The position numbers and the translations under genes were made by a program. From positions 372-64,371 of the IMG/VR virus record IMGVR_UViG_3300038393_002209: 64,000 bases of DNA; one strand, 5' to 3'. Position 1 is the stretch's first letter. Each line of letters begins with the position of its first letter. The notes under the pieces are model-generated. The model made no database searches. It was not told the origin of the DNA and saw nothing but the letters and a program-made list of their open reading frames with translations. This document shows, piece after piece, positions 45,902-55,280 of this stretch. Source of the stretch: a virus (Duplodnaviria > Caudoviricetes).

Positions 45902-46216
45902 CCGGCGGCCCGGAACCTCCGGGCAGAGCTGCTGAAGCTCCTCGAAGAGATCGCCCGCCTCCAGAACCCCCTGTCCAGGGCCAGGAAGATCGACGGCAAG
46001 CAGATCGGCCAGGCCCTCTCGGGGGTCGCCCACCTCGTCAAGCAGGCCGGCGGGCCGGAGATCCACTCGGTCTCGCTGTGCGACGACGTCGCCCTCCTGA
46101 CGCCCTACCTCGAAGAGGCCCGGGCGATGAAGGCCAGGCTCATGGGGTGCTCCCTGGAGCCCGGACCCGACGGCCCATCCGACGCCACGCGGGCCTTGCA
46201 GTCCTCCCTGTTCTGA
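45902..46216 (+). CDS. hypothetical protein, start codon not identified
   Basis: Open frame NLRAELLKLLEEIARLQ...SSLF* with typical codons but no ATG/GTG near the 5' end. Confidence 0.4.
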   Translation, partial: PAARNLRAELLKLLEEIARLQNPLSRARKIDGKQIGQALSGVAHLVKQAGGPEIHSVSLCDDVALLTPYLEEARAMKARLMGCSLEPGPDGPSDATRALQSSLF

Positions 46217-46266
46217 CGCTGATGTCTCTCCCATCACGATAATTTCATTCGACGGAGAACGACGCG

Positions 46267-46767
46267 ATGCCCTCGACCAACGCCACCCGGCTCGTCAACC
46301 TCGCCTCCGAGCGGGACTACCCCCGGCTCTCGGACGTCCTGGAGATCGCCGGCCCGGCCGCCTCCGACCGGCAGGTCCGGGACGCCCTGGCCGAGCGGTC
46401 CGACGCGATCCTGGCCGGGGCCGGCCACTGGGCCGACGTGATCCTCTCCAGCCTGTCCCGGGACACCTCCCTGACCGAGACGCAACGCAACCTCGTGGAC
46501 TACGCCCGGGACTGCCGGGACCAGGGCCTGCCCGAGGTCGCCATCGCGGTCTGCGTGGCGATCCGGGCGAGGCGGGAGCGGATGCACGCCGGCCTCTGCG
46601 AGACCCTCCGGTGGTTCGCCGAGTGGGCGACCGCCGCCCGGCACCTGGCCCCCGACCTCGTGCCCGACCTCCCCCGCACGGACGTCGGGTTCTTCGCCGC
46701 ATGCCGCCGGTTCTGGAGGAACCGCAAGGTCGCCCGCCGACGCTACGCCCGCGAGCTGGGCATCTGA
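46267..46767 (+). CDS. hypothetical protein
   Basis: 166-aa ORF with GGAG RBS. Confidence 0.6.
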   Translation: MPSTNATRLVNLASERDYPRLSDVLEIAGPAASDRQVRDALAERSDAILAGAGHWADVILSSLSRDTSLTETQRNLVDYARDCRDQGLPEVAIAVCVAIRARRERMHAGLCETLRWFAEWATAARHLAPDLVPDLPRTDVGFFAACRRFWRNRKVARRRYARELGI

Positions 46768-46843
46768 GTCAGGCGGCCCGTCCGGCGACGTAGCAAGGGT
46801 TCCGGCCCCGGCTTGTGCGGGGCCGTTTCCACGGGGCGGAGAC

Positions 46844-47788
46844 ATGATCGATACCGAATCCCAGAGGGCCAAGGCCCTCCCCTTCGCCCGCTGGTATCAC
46901 GCCCGCGGGTACAACCCCCTGCCCTCCTGCCCGGGCCGGCGGATGCCCTGGTGGGAGGGCATGGAGGGGTACACCGAGGTCCGGGATGACGGCATCCCGG
47001 AATCCTTCCTCGGCGGGCCGCTCTGGCCCAACGGCAACATCCAGCTCGCCACCGGGGTGAAGTGGGGCCTGGTGGTCGTGGACCTCGACGGCGAGGCCGG
47101 CCGGTCCTGCTGGGCCTGCTGGGCCGACGTGCTCGGGTGCCCGCGGACCTGGGCCGTGCGGACGCCCCGCGGCGGCCTGCACCTCTGGTTCCGGCCCCCG
47201 GCCGGCGTGGCCCGGGTCCCGTCCCGGGAACTCTGGAAGGGTCCGGGCGAGCACCAGGGGGTCGAGCTGATCGGGTGCGGCAAGCTGGCCATCGCCCCGC
47301 CGTCGTACAAACGCATCGACGGAGTCAAGCGGCATTACGAGTTCATCCCCGGGCGTTCCCCGGGGGACCTCGACGAGCCCGCGACGCTGCCGAGGTGGGT
47401 CCTCCAGGTGAACGCCCCCCGCGAGCGGAAGGTCGAGCCGATGCCCCCGGCCGGCCCGCGGATCACCTACCGGGGCAAGCGGCACCACGACCGCAGGGAA
47501 GTCCTGGACGCGATGTCGCCCGAGGCCAAGACGTGGTTCGCCGTGGACTGCGGCCTGCGGCTGGCCTCGACCCGCCCGAACCCGGCCGGCTGGATGGACG
47601 CCCACGCCATCGACCGCCCGGACCGCCACCCCTCGGCCCGGTTCCACCCGGCCAAGGGCCTGTACAACGAACCCGGCAAGGGCCTGACCCTCTCGCTGTT
47701 CGACCTGGGGGCCGCCCTGGGCCGGTACTCGACCTGGATGGACGCCTGCAACGCGGCCGGCGACAGCGTCCTGGTCGGAGCCCGGTGA
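46844..47788 (+). CDS. bifunctional DNA primase/polymerase (Prim-Pol) domain protein
   Basis: GYNPLP...NIQLATG...LVVVDLDG...VRTPRGGLHLWF. Confidence 0.85.
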   Translation: MIDTESQRAKALPFARWYHARGYNPLPSCPGRRMPWWEGMEGYTEVRDDGIPESFLGGPLWPNGNIQLATGVKWGLVVVDLDGEAGRSCWACWADVLGCPRTWAVRTPRGGLHLWFRPPAGVARVPSRELWKGPGEHQGVELIGCGKLAIAPPSYKRIDGVKRHYEFIPGRSPGDLDEPATLPRWVLQVNAPRERKVEPMPPAGPRITYRGKRHHDRREVLDAMSPEAKTWFAVDCGLRLASTRPNPAGWMDAHAIDRPDRHPSARFHPAKGLYNEPGKGLTLSLFDLGAALGRYSTWMDACNAAGDSVLVGAR

Positions 47789-47816
47789 ATTTTTCCTGTC
47801 CACCGGAAGTTTTTTC

Positions 47817-47844
47817 TTGATTACCACCAGTACACTGGTATAAT
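47817..47844 (+). promoter_or_regulatory. promoter TTGATT-16-TATAAT with operator ACCAGTACACTGGT
   Basis: Operator at 47826-47839 in the spacer; T-tract upstream. Confidence 0.8.
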
Positions 47845-47873
47845 ACCCACGTCGGACGGAGAACAACTGGAAG

Positions 47874-48992
47874 ATGGAAACGATTACCGGGAGCGACGCG
47901 ATGGCCAGCAGCGAACTGAAGGTCAAGATCAAGGCGGCCCTGGCCGAGTGCGAGGCCGAGGGCAAGGCCGTCCCCAGCGTCCGCGAGATGGCCGAGAAGG
48001 TCGGCGGCTCGGCCGGTGCGGTCGCCGCCCTGATGAAGGAGATCCGCGAGGGCGTCCCGACCCTCCTCAAGGTCGAGGAGATCAAGCGGGACCCGCGGTG
48101 CCAGCTCCGGTGCCGCCAGGACGACGAGACGGTCCAGAGCTACCTGGCCGTCATCCAGGACGGCGGCGAGCTGCCGCCCCCGGTCGTGTTCTTCGACGGC
48201 CGGACCCTCACCTACTGGCTGGCCGACGGGTTCCACCGGCTGGCCGCCATGATCCTGGCCGGCCTGACCGAGGTCACGGTCCTGGTCAAGGAGGGGGACC
48301 TCGACGACGCGATCCTCTACGCCGCCTCCTGCAACCTCCAGAACGGCCTCCGCGTCACCAACGCGGACAAGAAGAAGGCCGTCATGGTCCTGCTGGCGAA
48401 CTCCCGCTGGAAGAAGCTCTCCAACCGCAAGATCGCCGAGGCGTGCGGCGTCACCCACCCGTTCGTGGCCAAGGTCAAGGACGAGCTGTCCGGCGTCGTC
48501 AAGGACAAGCCCGCCCCGGCCCCCAAGCCGGCCCCGGACGCCTCGGACGACGAGGGCGAGGACGAGGAGGAGGGCGACGAGGGCGACGAGGGCGACGACG
48601 AGGCCCCGGCCCCGAAGCCCGGCAAGGGCAAGGGCGACGACTCGGGCGACGGCGAGATCCCCGAGGAGGACATGACCTTCGAGGAGTGGTGCGAGTCCAT
48701 CCCAGCCTACTCCCTGGTCTCCGGAGACGCCCGCAAGGCGGTCGAGCGGGAGCTGCGGCTCTACTGGACCTTCGCCAAGAGCCTGCCCTGCGAGCAGGCG
48801 GCCAAGCACGCCCGGACCCTGCTCAAGGCCAACGCCAACCCGGGCGACGTCGGCCCGATGTCGGGCCTGATGCGGCACCTCGTCGCCATCCCGCACCCGC
48901 GGACCTGGAAGGTCTGCCGCGACTGCAACGGCTCCGGCAAGGGGTCCAAGGGGACCTGCTCGAAGTGCTGCGGCAACGGGTTCACGGGCTGA
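47874..48992 (+). CDS. ParB-like protein with extra N-terminal HTH and C-terminal Zn finger
   Basis: PSVREMAEKVGGS HTH; YWLADGFHRLAA ParB-N motif; SNRKIAEACGVTHPFV HTH; acidic linker; CRDCNGSG...CSKCCG. Confidence 0.8.
   Translation: METITGSDAMASSELKVKIKAALAECEAEGKAVPSVREMAEKVGGSAGAVAALMKEIREGVPTLLKVEEIKRDPRCQLRCRQDDETVQSYLAVIQDGGELPPPVVFFDGRTLTYWLADGFHRLAAMILAGLTEVTVLVKEGDLDDAILYAASCNLQNGLRVTNADKKKAVMVLLANSRWKKLSNRKIAEACGVTHPFVAKVKDELSGVVKDKPAPAPKPAPDASDDEGEDEEEGDEGDEGDDEAPAPKPGKGKGDDSGDGEIPEEDMTFEEWCESIPAYSLVSGDARKAVERELRLYWTFAKSLPCEQAAKHARTLLKANANPGDVGPMSGLMRHLVAIPHPRTWKVCRDCNGSGKGSKGTCSKCCGNGFTG
47876..47888. promoter_or_regulatory. 13-bp dispersed palindrome, copy 12 (5' end of ParB-like gene)
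   Basis: GGAAACGATTACC. Confidence 0.8.
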
Positions 48993-49011
48993 TCGGGGCG
49001 GGCGTCCGGGC

Positions 49012-49024
49012 GGTAACGGTTTCC
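49012..49024. promoter_or_regulatory. 13-bp dispersed palindrome, copy 13 (intergenic)
   Basis: GGTAACGGTTTCC. Confidence 0.8.
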
Positions 49025-49043
49025 ATCGCGGGGGAGTGGAAGG

Positions 49044-50921
49044 ATGCAGCCGAGCCTCTTCGACATGGCCGACCTCGACCACTCCCTGCTGGGCGGGGAC
49101 GTGACCGACCTGGACTTCACCCCGGGGGCGTCGTCCCCCGGGGCCTTCCTGGCCCCCGAGCGTTGGCTGGCCGAGTCGTCCCTGCCCCTGACGCCCCACC
49201 CGCACCAGACCGCGACCTTCCTCAAGACCTGGAAGGCCATCCTGGACGACGGCGGCGAGGCCGGGCTGGTCGTCAAGCCGACCGGCACCGGCAAGTCGGT
49301 CGAGATCGCGTTGCACTGCCGATACGCCTGGGAGGCCCTGGGCTGGCGGACCCTGGTGTGGGTCCACCGTGACAAGCTGGTCAAGCAGTTGATGGGGACC
49401 CTGGAGTTCATGGGGGTCCACTGCGTCCGCGAGCAGGGGAGCCACTGCGGCCGGCGGGCCATCGAAGACTCGTCCACCGGCATGTTCGCCCGGCCCGTCA
49501 TGGCCGTCGTCGCCTCCGCCCAGACCCTGCACCCCGGCCGGATCGCCCGGTGGGACCGGGGGATGTTCGGCCTGGCGGTCCGCGACGAAGCCCACCACAT
49601 CACCGCCAAGGGGGACCGACGCATCCTGGCCCACTTCCGGGCCGGCTCCGGCGGGGCTCGCCTGCTGGGCTACACCGCGACCCCCGAGCGGGCGGACGGC
49701 TCGAACCTCGGCGAGGTCTTCCCGGCCGTCTTCGACCAGATGACCCTGCCCGAGGCGATCGGGATCGGAGCCCTGGTCAGGCCCATGTTCGTGAAGAGTG
49801 ACGTCAAGATCGACCTCCGCGGGATCTCGACCCGGGGCGGCGACTACTCCGACGAGGAGCTGGCCGACCGGGTCTCGATGCGGCTCGGGCCGATCGTCAA
49901 GTCGGTCGTGAAGGAGGCCGGCGACCGCAAGACGGTCCTGTTCCTGCCCGGCGTGAAGTGCTCGAAGATGGCGGCCGAGGCCATCAACCGCCACGTCCTG
50001 GGGGACGCCTGGGTCCCGGGCGAGAACGACGTCGCCAAGGCCGTCTGGGGGGACCGGCCCGGCCTGGACGACATCCTCGACGACTTCGACGCCGGCAAAT
50101 TCCAATACATCTGCAACTGTGACCTACTGACCGAGGGCTGGGACTGCCGCTCGGTGCGGTGCGTCGCCCTCTGCCGGGCCACCTGCTCCGCGGCCCTCCT
50201 CGCCCAGATGATCGGGCGGGGCACCCGCCGCGACGACGCCAACGGCAAGGACCATTGCCTCTACATCGACTTCGCGTGGCAGACGGACAGGAACCGGAAC
50301 AAGCTGGTCTCCCCCTATGGACTGGTCGTGCCCGACGGCACGGCGACCAACCTCCTGGAGGAGATGGAGCGGCAGGTCCAGGCGATGGTCGAGGCCGGCT
50401 CCGGCCCGGTCGACCCCGAGGAGGCCCTCCGCAAGGCCGAGGAGGCGGTCCGCAAGGCGGAGGAGCTGGAGAAGGCCAAGGCCGCGAGGGCGGCCAAGGC
50501 GGCGGCCGAGGCCGAGGAGGAGACCGGGGTCGTCGTGACCAAGGCGGACGCCAAGATCAAGTTCGATGCGTTCGACCCCCTGGCCGGGGCCGTGATCGGC
50601 AAGCACAACGGGGAGAAGGTCCGCAAGGATCTGAATGCGTTCAAGACGATGGTCTCGGGCAAGCAGGCCGAGTACCTCGTGAAGCTCGGGATGCCCGAGC
50701 GTGAGGTGAACCTCCTGACCCGGGACGAGGCGTCGAAGTGCATCGACACCCTCCAGGTCCGGAAGAAGCACGGGCTGGCGACGTACAAGCAGGTCAAGCT
50801 GCTGATGCGGCATGGCATGCCACGCACCGAGGCGATGGGGCTCAGGATTTCCGAGGCTTCCGAGGCCATCGACGCTCTCATGAGCAAGGTGTCCCGGTAC
50901 GCGGCAAAGGCCGCCAGGTGA
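49044..50921 (+). CDS. superfamily II DEAD/DEAH helicase
   Basis: KPTGTGKS, DEAHH, GYTATPER, LTEGWD, QMIGRGTR. Confidence 0.92.
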   Translation: MQPSLFDMADLDHSLLGGDVTDLDFTPGASSPGAFLAPERWLAESSLPLTPHPHQTATFLKTWKAILDDGGEAGLVVKPTGTGKSVEIALHCRYAWEALGWRTLVWVHRDKLVKQLMGTLEFMGVHCVREQGSHCGRRAIEDSSTGMFARPVMAVVASAQTLHPGRIARWDRGMFGLAVRDEAHHITAKGDRRILAHFRAGSGGARLLGYTATPERADGSNLGEVFPAVFDQMTLPEAIGIGALVRPMFVKSDVKIDLRGISTRGGDYSDEELADRVSMRLGPIVKSVVKEAGDRKTVLFLPGVKCSKMAAEAINRHVLGDAWVPGENDVAKAVWGDRPGLDDILDDFDAGKFQYICNCDLLTEGWDCRSVRCVALCRATCSAALLAQMIGRGTRRDDANGKDHCLYIDFAWQTDRNRNKLVSPYGLVVPDGTATNLLEEMERQVQAMVEAGSGPVDPEEALRKAEEAVRKAEELEKAKAARAAKAAAEAEEETGVVVTKADAKIKFDAFDPLAGAVIGKHNGEKVRKDLNAFKTMVSGKQAEYLVKLGMPEREVNLLTRDEASKCIDTLQVRKKHGLATYKQVKLLMRHGMPRTEAMGLRISEASEAIDALMSKVSRYAAKAAR

Positions 50922-50925
50922 TGCG

Positions 50926-51327
50926 ATGTTGCGGGGCGACCAGATCCAGGTGACGAGGGTCTTCCTCCAGCCCACGGAGGGGACCCGGGCGGCGGGCAGC
51001 AGGGTGAAAGCCTTCGCGGCCGTCGTCCTGAACGACTCGGTTCAGATCAACAACCTCAAGTACGTGGAGGCGTCCAAGGGGCTGGTGGTGGCGATGCCCG
51101 ACGCGGAGATCCAGGCCCCGTGCCCGGGCTGCGGCCACTCGAACAGGATCACGGCGTCCTACTGCAACGCCTGCGGCGAGGCGTTGCCGGCCTCCGGCCC
51201 CGTGCCCGCCCGGGACCGGTTCCGCGAGGTCGCCCACCCGGTCAAGCTGTCGGCCCGCCAGGAGATCCAGCGGGCCGTGGCCGACGCATACGCCCGCCGA
51301 CGCGACCCCGTCGTGGAGCCGGTCTGA
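50926..51327 (+). CDS. spoVG: SpoVG-family nucleic-acid-binding protein with Zn ribbon
   Basis: VKAFAAVVLNDSVQINNLKYVEASKGLVVAMP...CPGCG...CNACG...FREVAHPV. Confidence 0.8.
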   Translation: MLRGDQIQVTRVFLQPTEGTRAAGSRVKAFAAVVLNDSVQINNLKYVEASKGLVVAMPDAEIQAPCPGCGHSNRITASYCNACGEALPASGPVPARDRFREVAHPVKLSARQEIQRAVADAYARRRDPVVEPV

Positions 51328-51818
51328 TGCCCGCCCGCAAGGCGGCCAAGCGTGGCAACGCACGGGGGCCTCGGCCCCCTGCGTTCACCTTCGGACGCCA
51401 GAAGTACAACGCCCAGAAGACCGTCTACAAGGGGGAGACCTACCCCTCGAAGTCCGAGGCGGCCTGGGCCGAGGTGCTCGACCGGGACCCGGTCGTCTTC
51501 GAGGTCGTCCGCCAGCCCCGGTTCGTCCTGGGCACCGAACCCGACGGCACGCCCCACACCTACCGCCCCGACTTCCTGGTGATCCTGAACCCGTTCGAGC
51601 CCCTGGGCGCCTACCTGGGCCAGATCGTGGCCGCGACCGGCCTGGCGTTCTGCGCCGACGAGGTGAAGGGGGCCGAGACGCCCGAGTTCAAGAAGAACCG
51701 CCAGGCGTGGCTGGCCAACGGCAGGATGGCCCTCCGCATCATCAAGCGGGGCAAGGTCGTCGAGGTGCTCATCCCGGACAGGTTCGTGGAATCCAAAGAT
51801 GAAGATTCCAAGGTGTGA
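51327..51818 (+). CDS. DUF1064-like PD-(D/E)XK endonuclease
   Basis: KYNAQKT...SKSEA...QPRF...YRPDF...EVKG. Confidence 0.75.
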   Translation: MPARKAAKRGNARGPRPPAFTFGRQKYNAQKTVYKGETYPSKSEAAWAEVLDRDPVVFEVVRQPRFVLGTEPDGTPHTYRPDFLVILNPFEPLGAYLGQIVAATGLAFCADEVKGAETPEFKKNRQAWLANGRMALRIIKRGKVVEVLIPDRFVESKDEDSKV

Positions 51819-52089
51819 GGATTACTCCTGGTTCATCGTCCTCGTGGACGCCCGGGAGACCGGACGCCCCGTCCGCCTGCTGTCCAGGGGACGCCGGGCG
51901 GTGGACGACCGATCGGAGGCCCTCCCCTTCTGCTGCGAGTCCGACGCGGAGTGGTTCCTGCGGCGAGGCCCCGTGCCCGCCGGCTACCGCGGCTACTGCG
52001 AAGAGATCCCGCCGCCGCCCCCGGCCCAGGCTCCGGCCTACCGGGTCCAGGAGCTGTTCCGTGAACCACGCGATCCCGATCCCGAATGA
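51799..52089 (+). CDS. hypothetical protein
   Basis: 96-aa ORF overlapping both neighbours. Confidence 0.5.
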   Translation: MKIPRCEDYSWFIVLVDARETGRPVRLLSRGRRAVDDRSEALPFCCESDAEWFLRRGPVPAGYRGYCEEIPPPPPAQAPAYRVQELFREPRDPDPE

Positions 52090-52636
52090 CGCCCCGATGG
52101 CGGAACTCGTCACCCTCGACGCCCCGGACGCCACGCCCGGGGACCCCTTCATCGACTTGCCCACCAACGCCCTGCACGTCTACGACGCCTGCATGCAGGT
52201 CATGCACGGCACCAAGGTCGGACCCGTGGACGTGGTCGCGGTGTCGAACGCCTGCGGGCTCCGCCGGCCGGCCGTGCTGCGGCACCTCAAGGCCCTCGCC
52301 GCCGCCGGCATGGCCTACTGGTGGGCTCCCCGGCTGATCTACCCCCGGCCCGCCAACGGCGAGAACGCCCCCAAGCTGGACGCCCGGCTGGCCGCCGAGA
52401 TCCGGGCGGCCTTCGAGGCGATGGGCCGACGCTACGGCGCCCAGGTCGAGCTGGCGGCCCACTACGGGGTCTCCCGCCAGGCGATCTCCAACGTCCTCTG
52501 CGGCGTCACCTACCCCGAGGCCGAGCCCGCCACGGCCGAGCCCGAGGCCGTCCCCGACGACATCCTGGACATCATCCGCGGGGCCTCCGCCCGGGAGGCC
52601 GAGGAATCCGAGGAAGGGGGCGATTCCACCCCTTGA
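52061..52636 (+). CDS. double-HTH DNA-binding protein
   Basis: VSNACGLRRPAVLRHLKAL and QVELAAHYGVSRQAISNVL. Confidence 0.7.
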   Translation: MNHAIPIPNDAPMAELVTLDAPDATPGDPFIDLPTNALHVYDACMQVMHGTKVGPVDVVAVSNACGLRRPAVLRHLKALAAAGMAYWWAPRLIYPRPANGENAPKLDARLAAEIRAAFEAMGRRYGAQVELAAHYGVSRQAISNVLCGVTYPEAEPATAEPEAVPDDILDIIRGASAREAEESEEGGDSTP

Positions 52637-52660
52637 CTTACCAGTCCACTGGTGTATCAT
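52633..52660 (+). promoter_or_regulatory. promoter TTGACT-16-TATCAT with operator ACCAGTCCACTGGT
   Basis: Operator at 52640-52653 in the spacer. Confidence 0.8.
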
Positions 52661-52706
52661 TGGTCTGTCAGTGGTAACAAAGACCCTCTGACGCGGAGCA
52701 ACGACC

Positions 52707-53750
52707 TTGGGACTGGAAGGATTGACCAACCAAGCGGCCTTCGAGGAGCTGAAGGCCAGCCCGATCCCGGTGCTCGACAAGGGCTACCTGCGGGTCGAGG
52801 ACGTGATGGGGGACGACCGCTCGATCTGCCGGGCGGCCTGGACGACCAGCGGCGTCGAGCTGGAGGGGAAGGGCGAGGACGACTACCGCCGGCTGATCCA
52901 CTCGCTGATGCGTCGGCGGGAGATGAGCCCCTTCGAGTTCGCCCAGGTCGTCATCGAGTGGAAGGTGCCCCTGCACACCTGGGGCCAGGTCAAGCGGTAT
53001 CGCACGGCCTCGATGGCCGAGCGGTCCAACCGCTACCGGGAGGCCCTCCGCGAGTTCCAGGAGACCGGCCCGGGCGAGTGGCGGAAGCAATCCGACTCCC
53101 GCAAGCAGGGCTCGGCCGGGTTCGTCACCGAGGTCCCCGAGGGCACGACCCTGGAGTTCACCGGCTGGGAGAACCAGCGGGTCGCCTCCCTGACGGACGA
53201 CAGGACCCACGACCTCCTGGGCATGACGCTCCCCCACGAGGGGGACGAGGAGACGGCCGGCGCCTACCTCTCCGCCCGCCAGGAGGACGCCCGGTCCTTC
53301 GCCGTCGCGGTCTACGACGAGGCGATCCGATTCGGCGTCGCCAAGGAACAGGCCCGGGCCTGCCTGCCTCAGTCGCTCTACACCCAGACCTTCTGGCGGA
53401 TCGACCTCCGCAACGCCCTGCACGTCCTGACCGAGCGGGTCGGCCTGGACTGGGTCAACGCCTCGGCCGGCCACGCGGCCCAGCACGAGGCCCACAGCTA
53501 CGCCAGTGCTTTCCTCCAGATCCTGGAGCGGCTGTTCCCGATCACCCTGGCGGCCTTCAAGACCTACGTCCTGGGGGCCGTCACGCTCTCGACCAGGGAC
53601 CGCGAGGCCATCGGCCTCTACTTCGGCGAGGTCGGCATCGGCAACGCCGCCCGGCTCGACGACGCCCTCACCTTCGTCTTCGGCAAGTCCTCCGCCGAGC
53701 GGGAGGAGTGCCGGGCCAAGCTGCACTACCTCGGGTTCCCCGGGGCCTGA
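52707..53750 (+). CDS. thyX: FAD-dependent thymidylate synthase
   Basis: VLDKGYLRV...EMSPFEFA...RYRTASMAERSNRYRE...KEQARACLPQSLYTQ. Confidence 0.88.
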   Translation: MGLEGLTNQAAFEELKASPIPVLDKGYLRVEDVMGDDRSICRAAWTTSGVELEGKGEDDYRRLIHSLMRRREMSPFEFAQVVIEWKVPLHTWGQVKRYRTASMAERSNRYREALREFQETGPGEWRKQSDSRKQGSAGFVTEVPEGTTLEFTGWENQRVASLTDDRTHDLLGMTLPHEGDEETAGAYLSARQEDARSFAVAVYDEAIRFGVAKEQARACLPQSLYTQTFWRIDLRNALHVLTERVGLDWVNASAGHAAQHEAHSYASAFLQILERLFPITLAAFKTYVLGAVTLSTRDREAIGLYFGEVGIGNAARLDDALTFVFGKSSAEREECRAKLHYLGFPGA

Positions 53751-53790
53751 TCCCCTTCCATCCACACTCCAGCATTCGAGGACGTTGCTC

Positions 53791-54951
53791 ATGTGCGGGA
53801 ATGCCCAGGTCGTCCGGGAGGGCGACTTCATCCAGACGTCGAGGGGCGAGCGGTTCTGGCCGCTCGACGCCCGGCCGTATGAGATTTACATCGAGGACAT
53901 CGCCCACGCCCTGGCGGCCATCAACCGCTACACCGGCCACACCAAGGTCCCCTACAACGTCGCCCAGCACTCGGTCCTGGTCGCCCGCCTGGTCGAGCAC
54001 CTCGGCCCGATGATCGCCCTCAAGGCACTCCTGCACGACGCCACCGAGGCGTACCTCAACGACATCAGCCGGCCCCTCAAGGTTCTCGACGAGTACCTCC
54101 ACTTCCGCGAGGCCGAGGCCCGCCTGGAGGCGGTGATCGCCGTGACCTTCGGCCTGTCCGACGACGCCGCCGCGGACCGGATCATCAAGGACGCCGACCG
54201 GGCGTTGCTCTGGTGGGAGGCCAAGGCCCTCATGCGTCGCCCCGACGGCACGCTGCCGGACTGGTGGCACAAGTGGGAGCGGTACGCGGCCCTGTTCCCG
54301 CACGCCGGGACCGACCTCCGCAACCTCGAAGCCTGGGACTCCGAGGACGCCGAGGCCGTCTTCCTCAAGATGTACGACCGCCTGCGGCGTGAGGCCGGGT
54401 TCGTCGAGCCCCACGAGCAGGCCGTGGCCGCGCCCCCCGCGGAAACCGTTACCACCCCCGAGCCCGACGCCCTGCCAGACTTCGTCGCCTCCAGCGGGGC
54501 GGTCCGGTCGGCCGACGTCTCGGACCTCGACTTCGCCTCGATGCCCCTGGTGGGCCTCCTGGGCGTCCTCAAGGTGGCCGGGTGCGGTGGCATCAAGTAC
54601 GGCCGGTTCAACTACGCCAAGGGGTTCCCGGTCCACGAGACCCTGAACCACATGGCGGTCCACATGATCCGCTGGGCCTGCGGGGACCGCTCCGAGCCCC
54701 ACATGGAGAAGGTCGCCTGGGGTGCGATGGTGATCGCCCAGACCCAGGCCCTCCAGCCCGAGCTGGTCGCCCCGCACGTCCCCGGCCCCGGGTTCACGCT
54801 CACGCCCGAGCTGCTGGCCGAGATGGACCGCGGCAAGCCCGAGCGGGACGCGGCCCGCAAGCGGGGCGAGTTCGAGGCCCTCTTCCACTGGGAGGCGAAG
54901 GACATCCCGGCCGTGGCCGAGATCGTCGCGTCCCGCGGCGGGGCCTCGTGA
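53791..54951 (+). CDS. HD-domain (YfbR-like) nucleotidase fused to DUF5664-type dATP/dGTP diphosphohydrolase
   Basis: NRYTGH...VAQHSV...LLHDATEAY; then GIKYGRFNYAKG...HMIRW..GDRSEPHMEKVAW. Confidence 0.75.
   Translation: MCGNAQVVREGDFIQTSRGERFWPLDARPYEIYIEDIAHALAAINRYTGHTKVPYNVAQHSVLVARLVEHLGPMIALKALLHDATEAYLNDISRPLKVLDEYLHFREAEARLEAVIAVTFGLSDDAAADRIIKDADRALLWWEAKALMRRPDGTLPDWWHKWERYAALFPHAGTDLRNLEAWDSEDAEAVFLKMYDRLRREAGFVEPHEQAVAAPPAETVTTPEPDALPDFVASSGAVRSADVSDLDFASMPLVGLLGVLKVAGCGGIKYGRFNYAKGFPVHETLNHMAVHMIRWACGDRSEPHMEKVAWGAMVIAQTQALQPELVAPHVPGPGFTLTPELLAEMDRGKPERDAARKRGEFEALFHWEAKDIPAVAEIVASRGGAS
54441..54453. promoter_or_regulatory. 13-bp dispersed palindrome, copy 14 (intragenic linker)
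   Basis: GGAAACCGTTACC. Confidence 0.75.
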
Positions 54952-55280
54952 CCCGGGCGTTCAAGCTGCGGAGCTACCGCGAACGCCCCTGCCTGACCGC
55001 GACCCTCACGAGGTCGCTCAAGCTGACCTGCTACAGCGACCAGGGTGCCCGGGGGGTCTTCGTGCCCCCCGGGGCATACCCGGCGGCGTCCGCCCCCTGC
55101 CCCCGAGGGACCGAGGCCGAGTGGCTGGTCCTGGCCTACCGGGGGGTCCTCCTGGGGACCAGGCGGGTCCTGGCCGCGATCAAAGGAATCGAGATCACCG
55201 AATACGAGCCCGAGCCGCCGGAGGCATCGGGAGATCCACAAGATAACGGGAGTGCATGCGATGACGACGTCCCCTTCTGA
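54948..55280 (+). CDS. hypothetical protein
   Basis: GTGA coupling; ends in DDDVPF. Confidence 0.5.
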   Translation: MTRAFKLRSYRERPCLTATLTRSLKLTCYSDQGARGVFVPPGAYPAASAPCPRGTEAEWLVLAYRGVLLGTRRVLAAIKGIEITEYEPEPPEASGDPQDNGSACDDDVPF

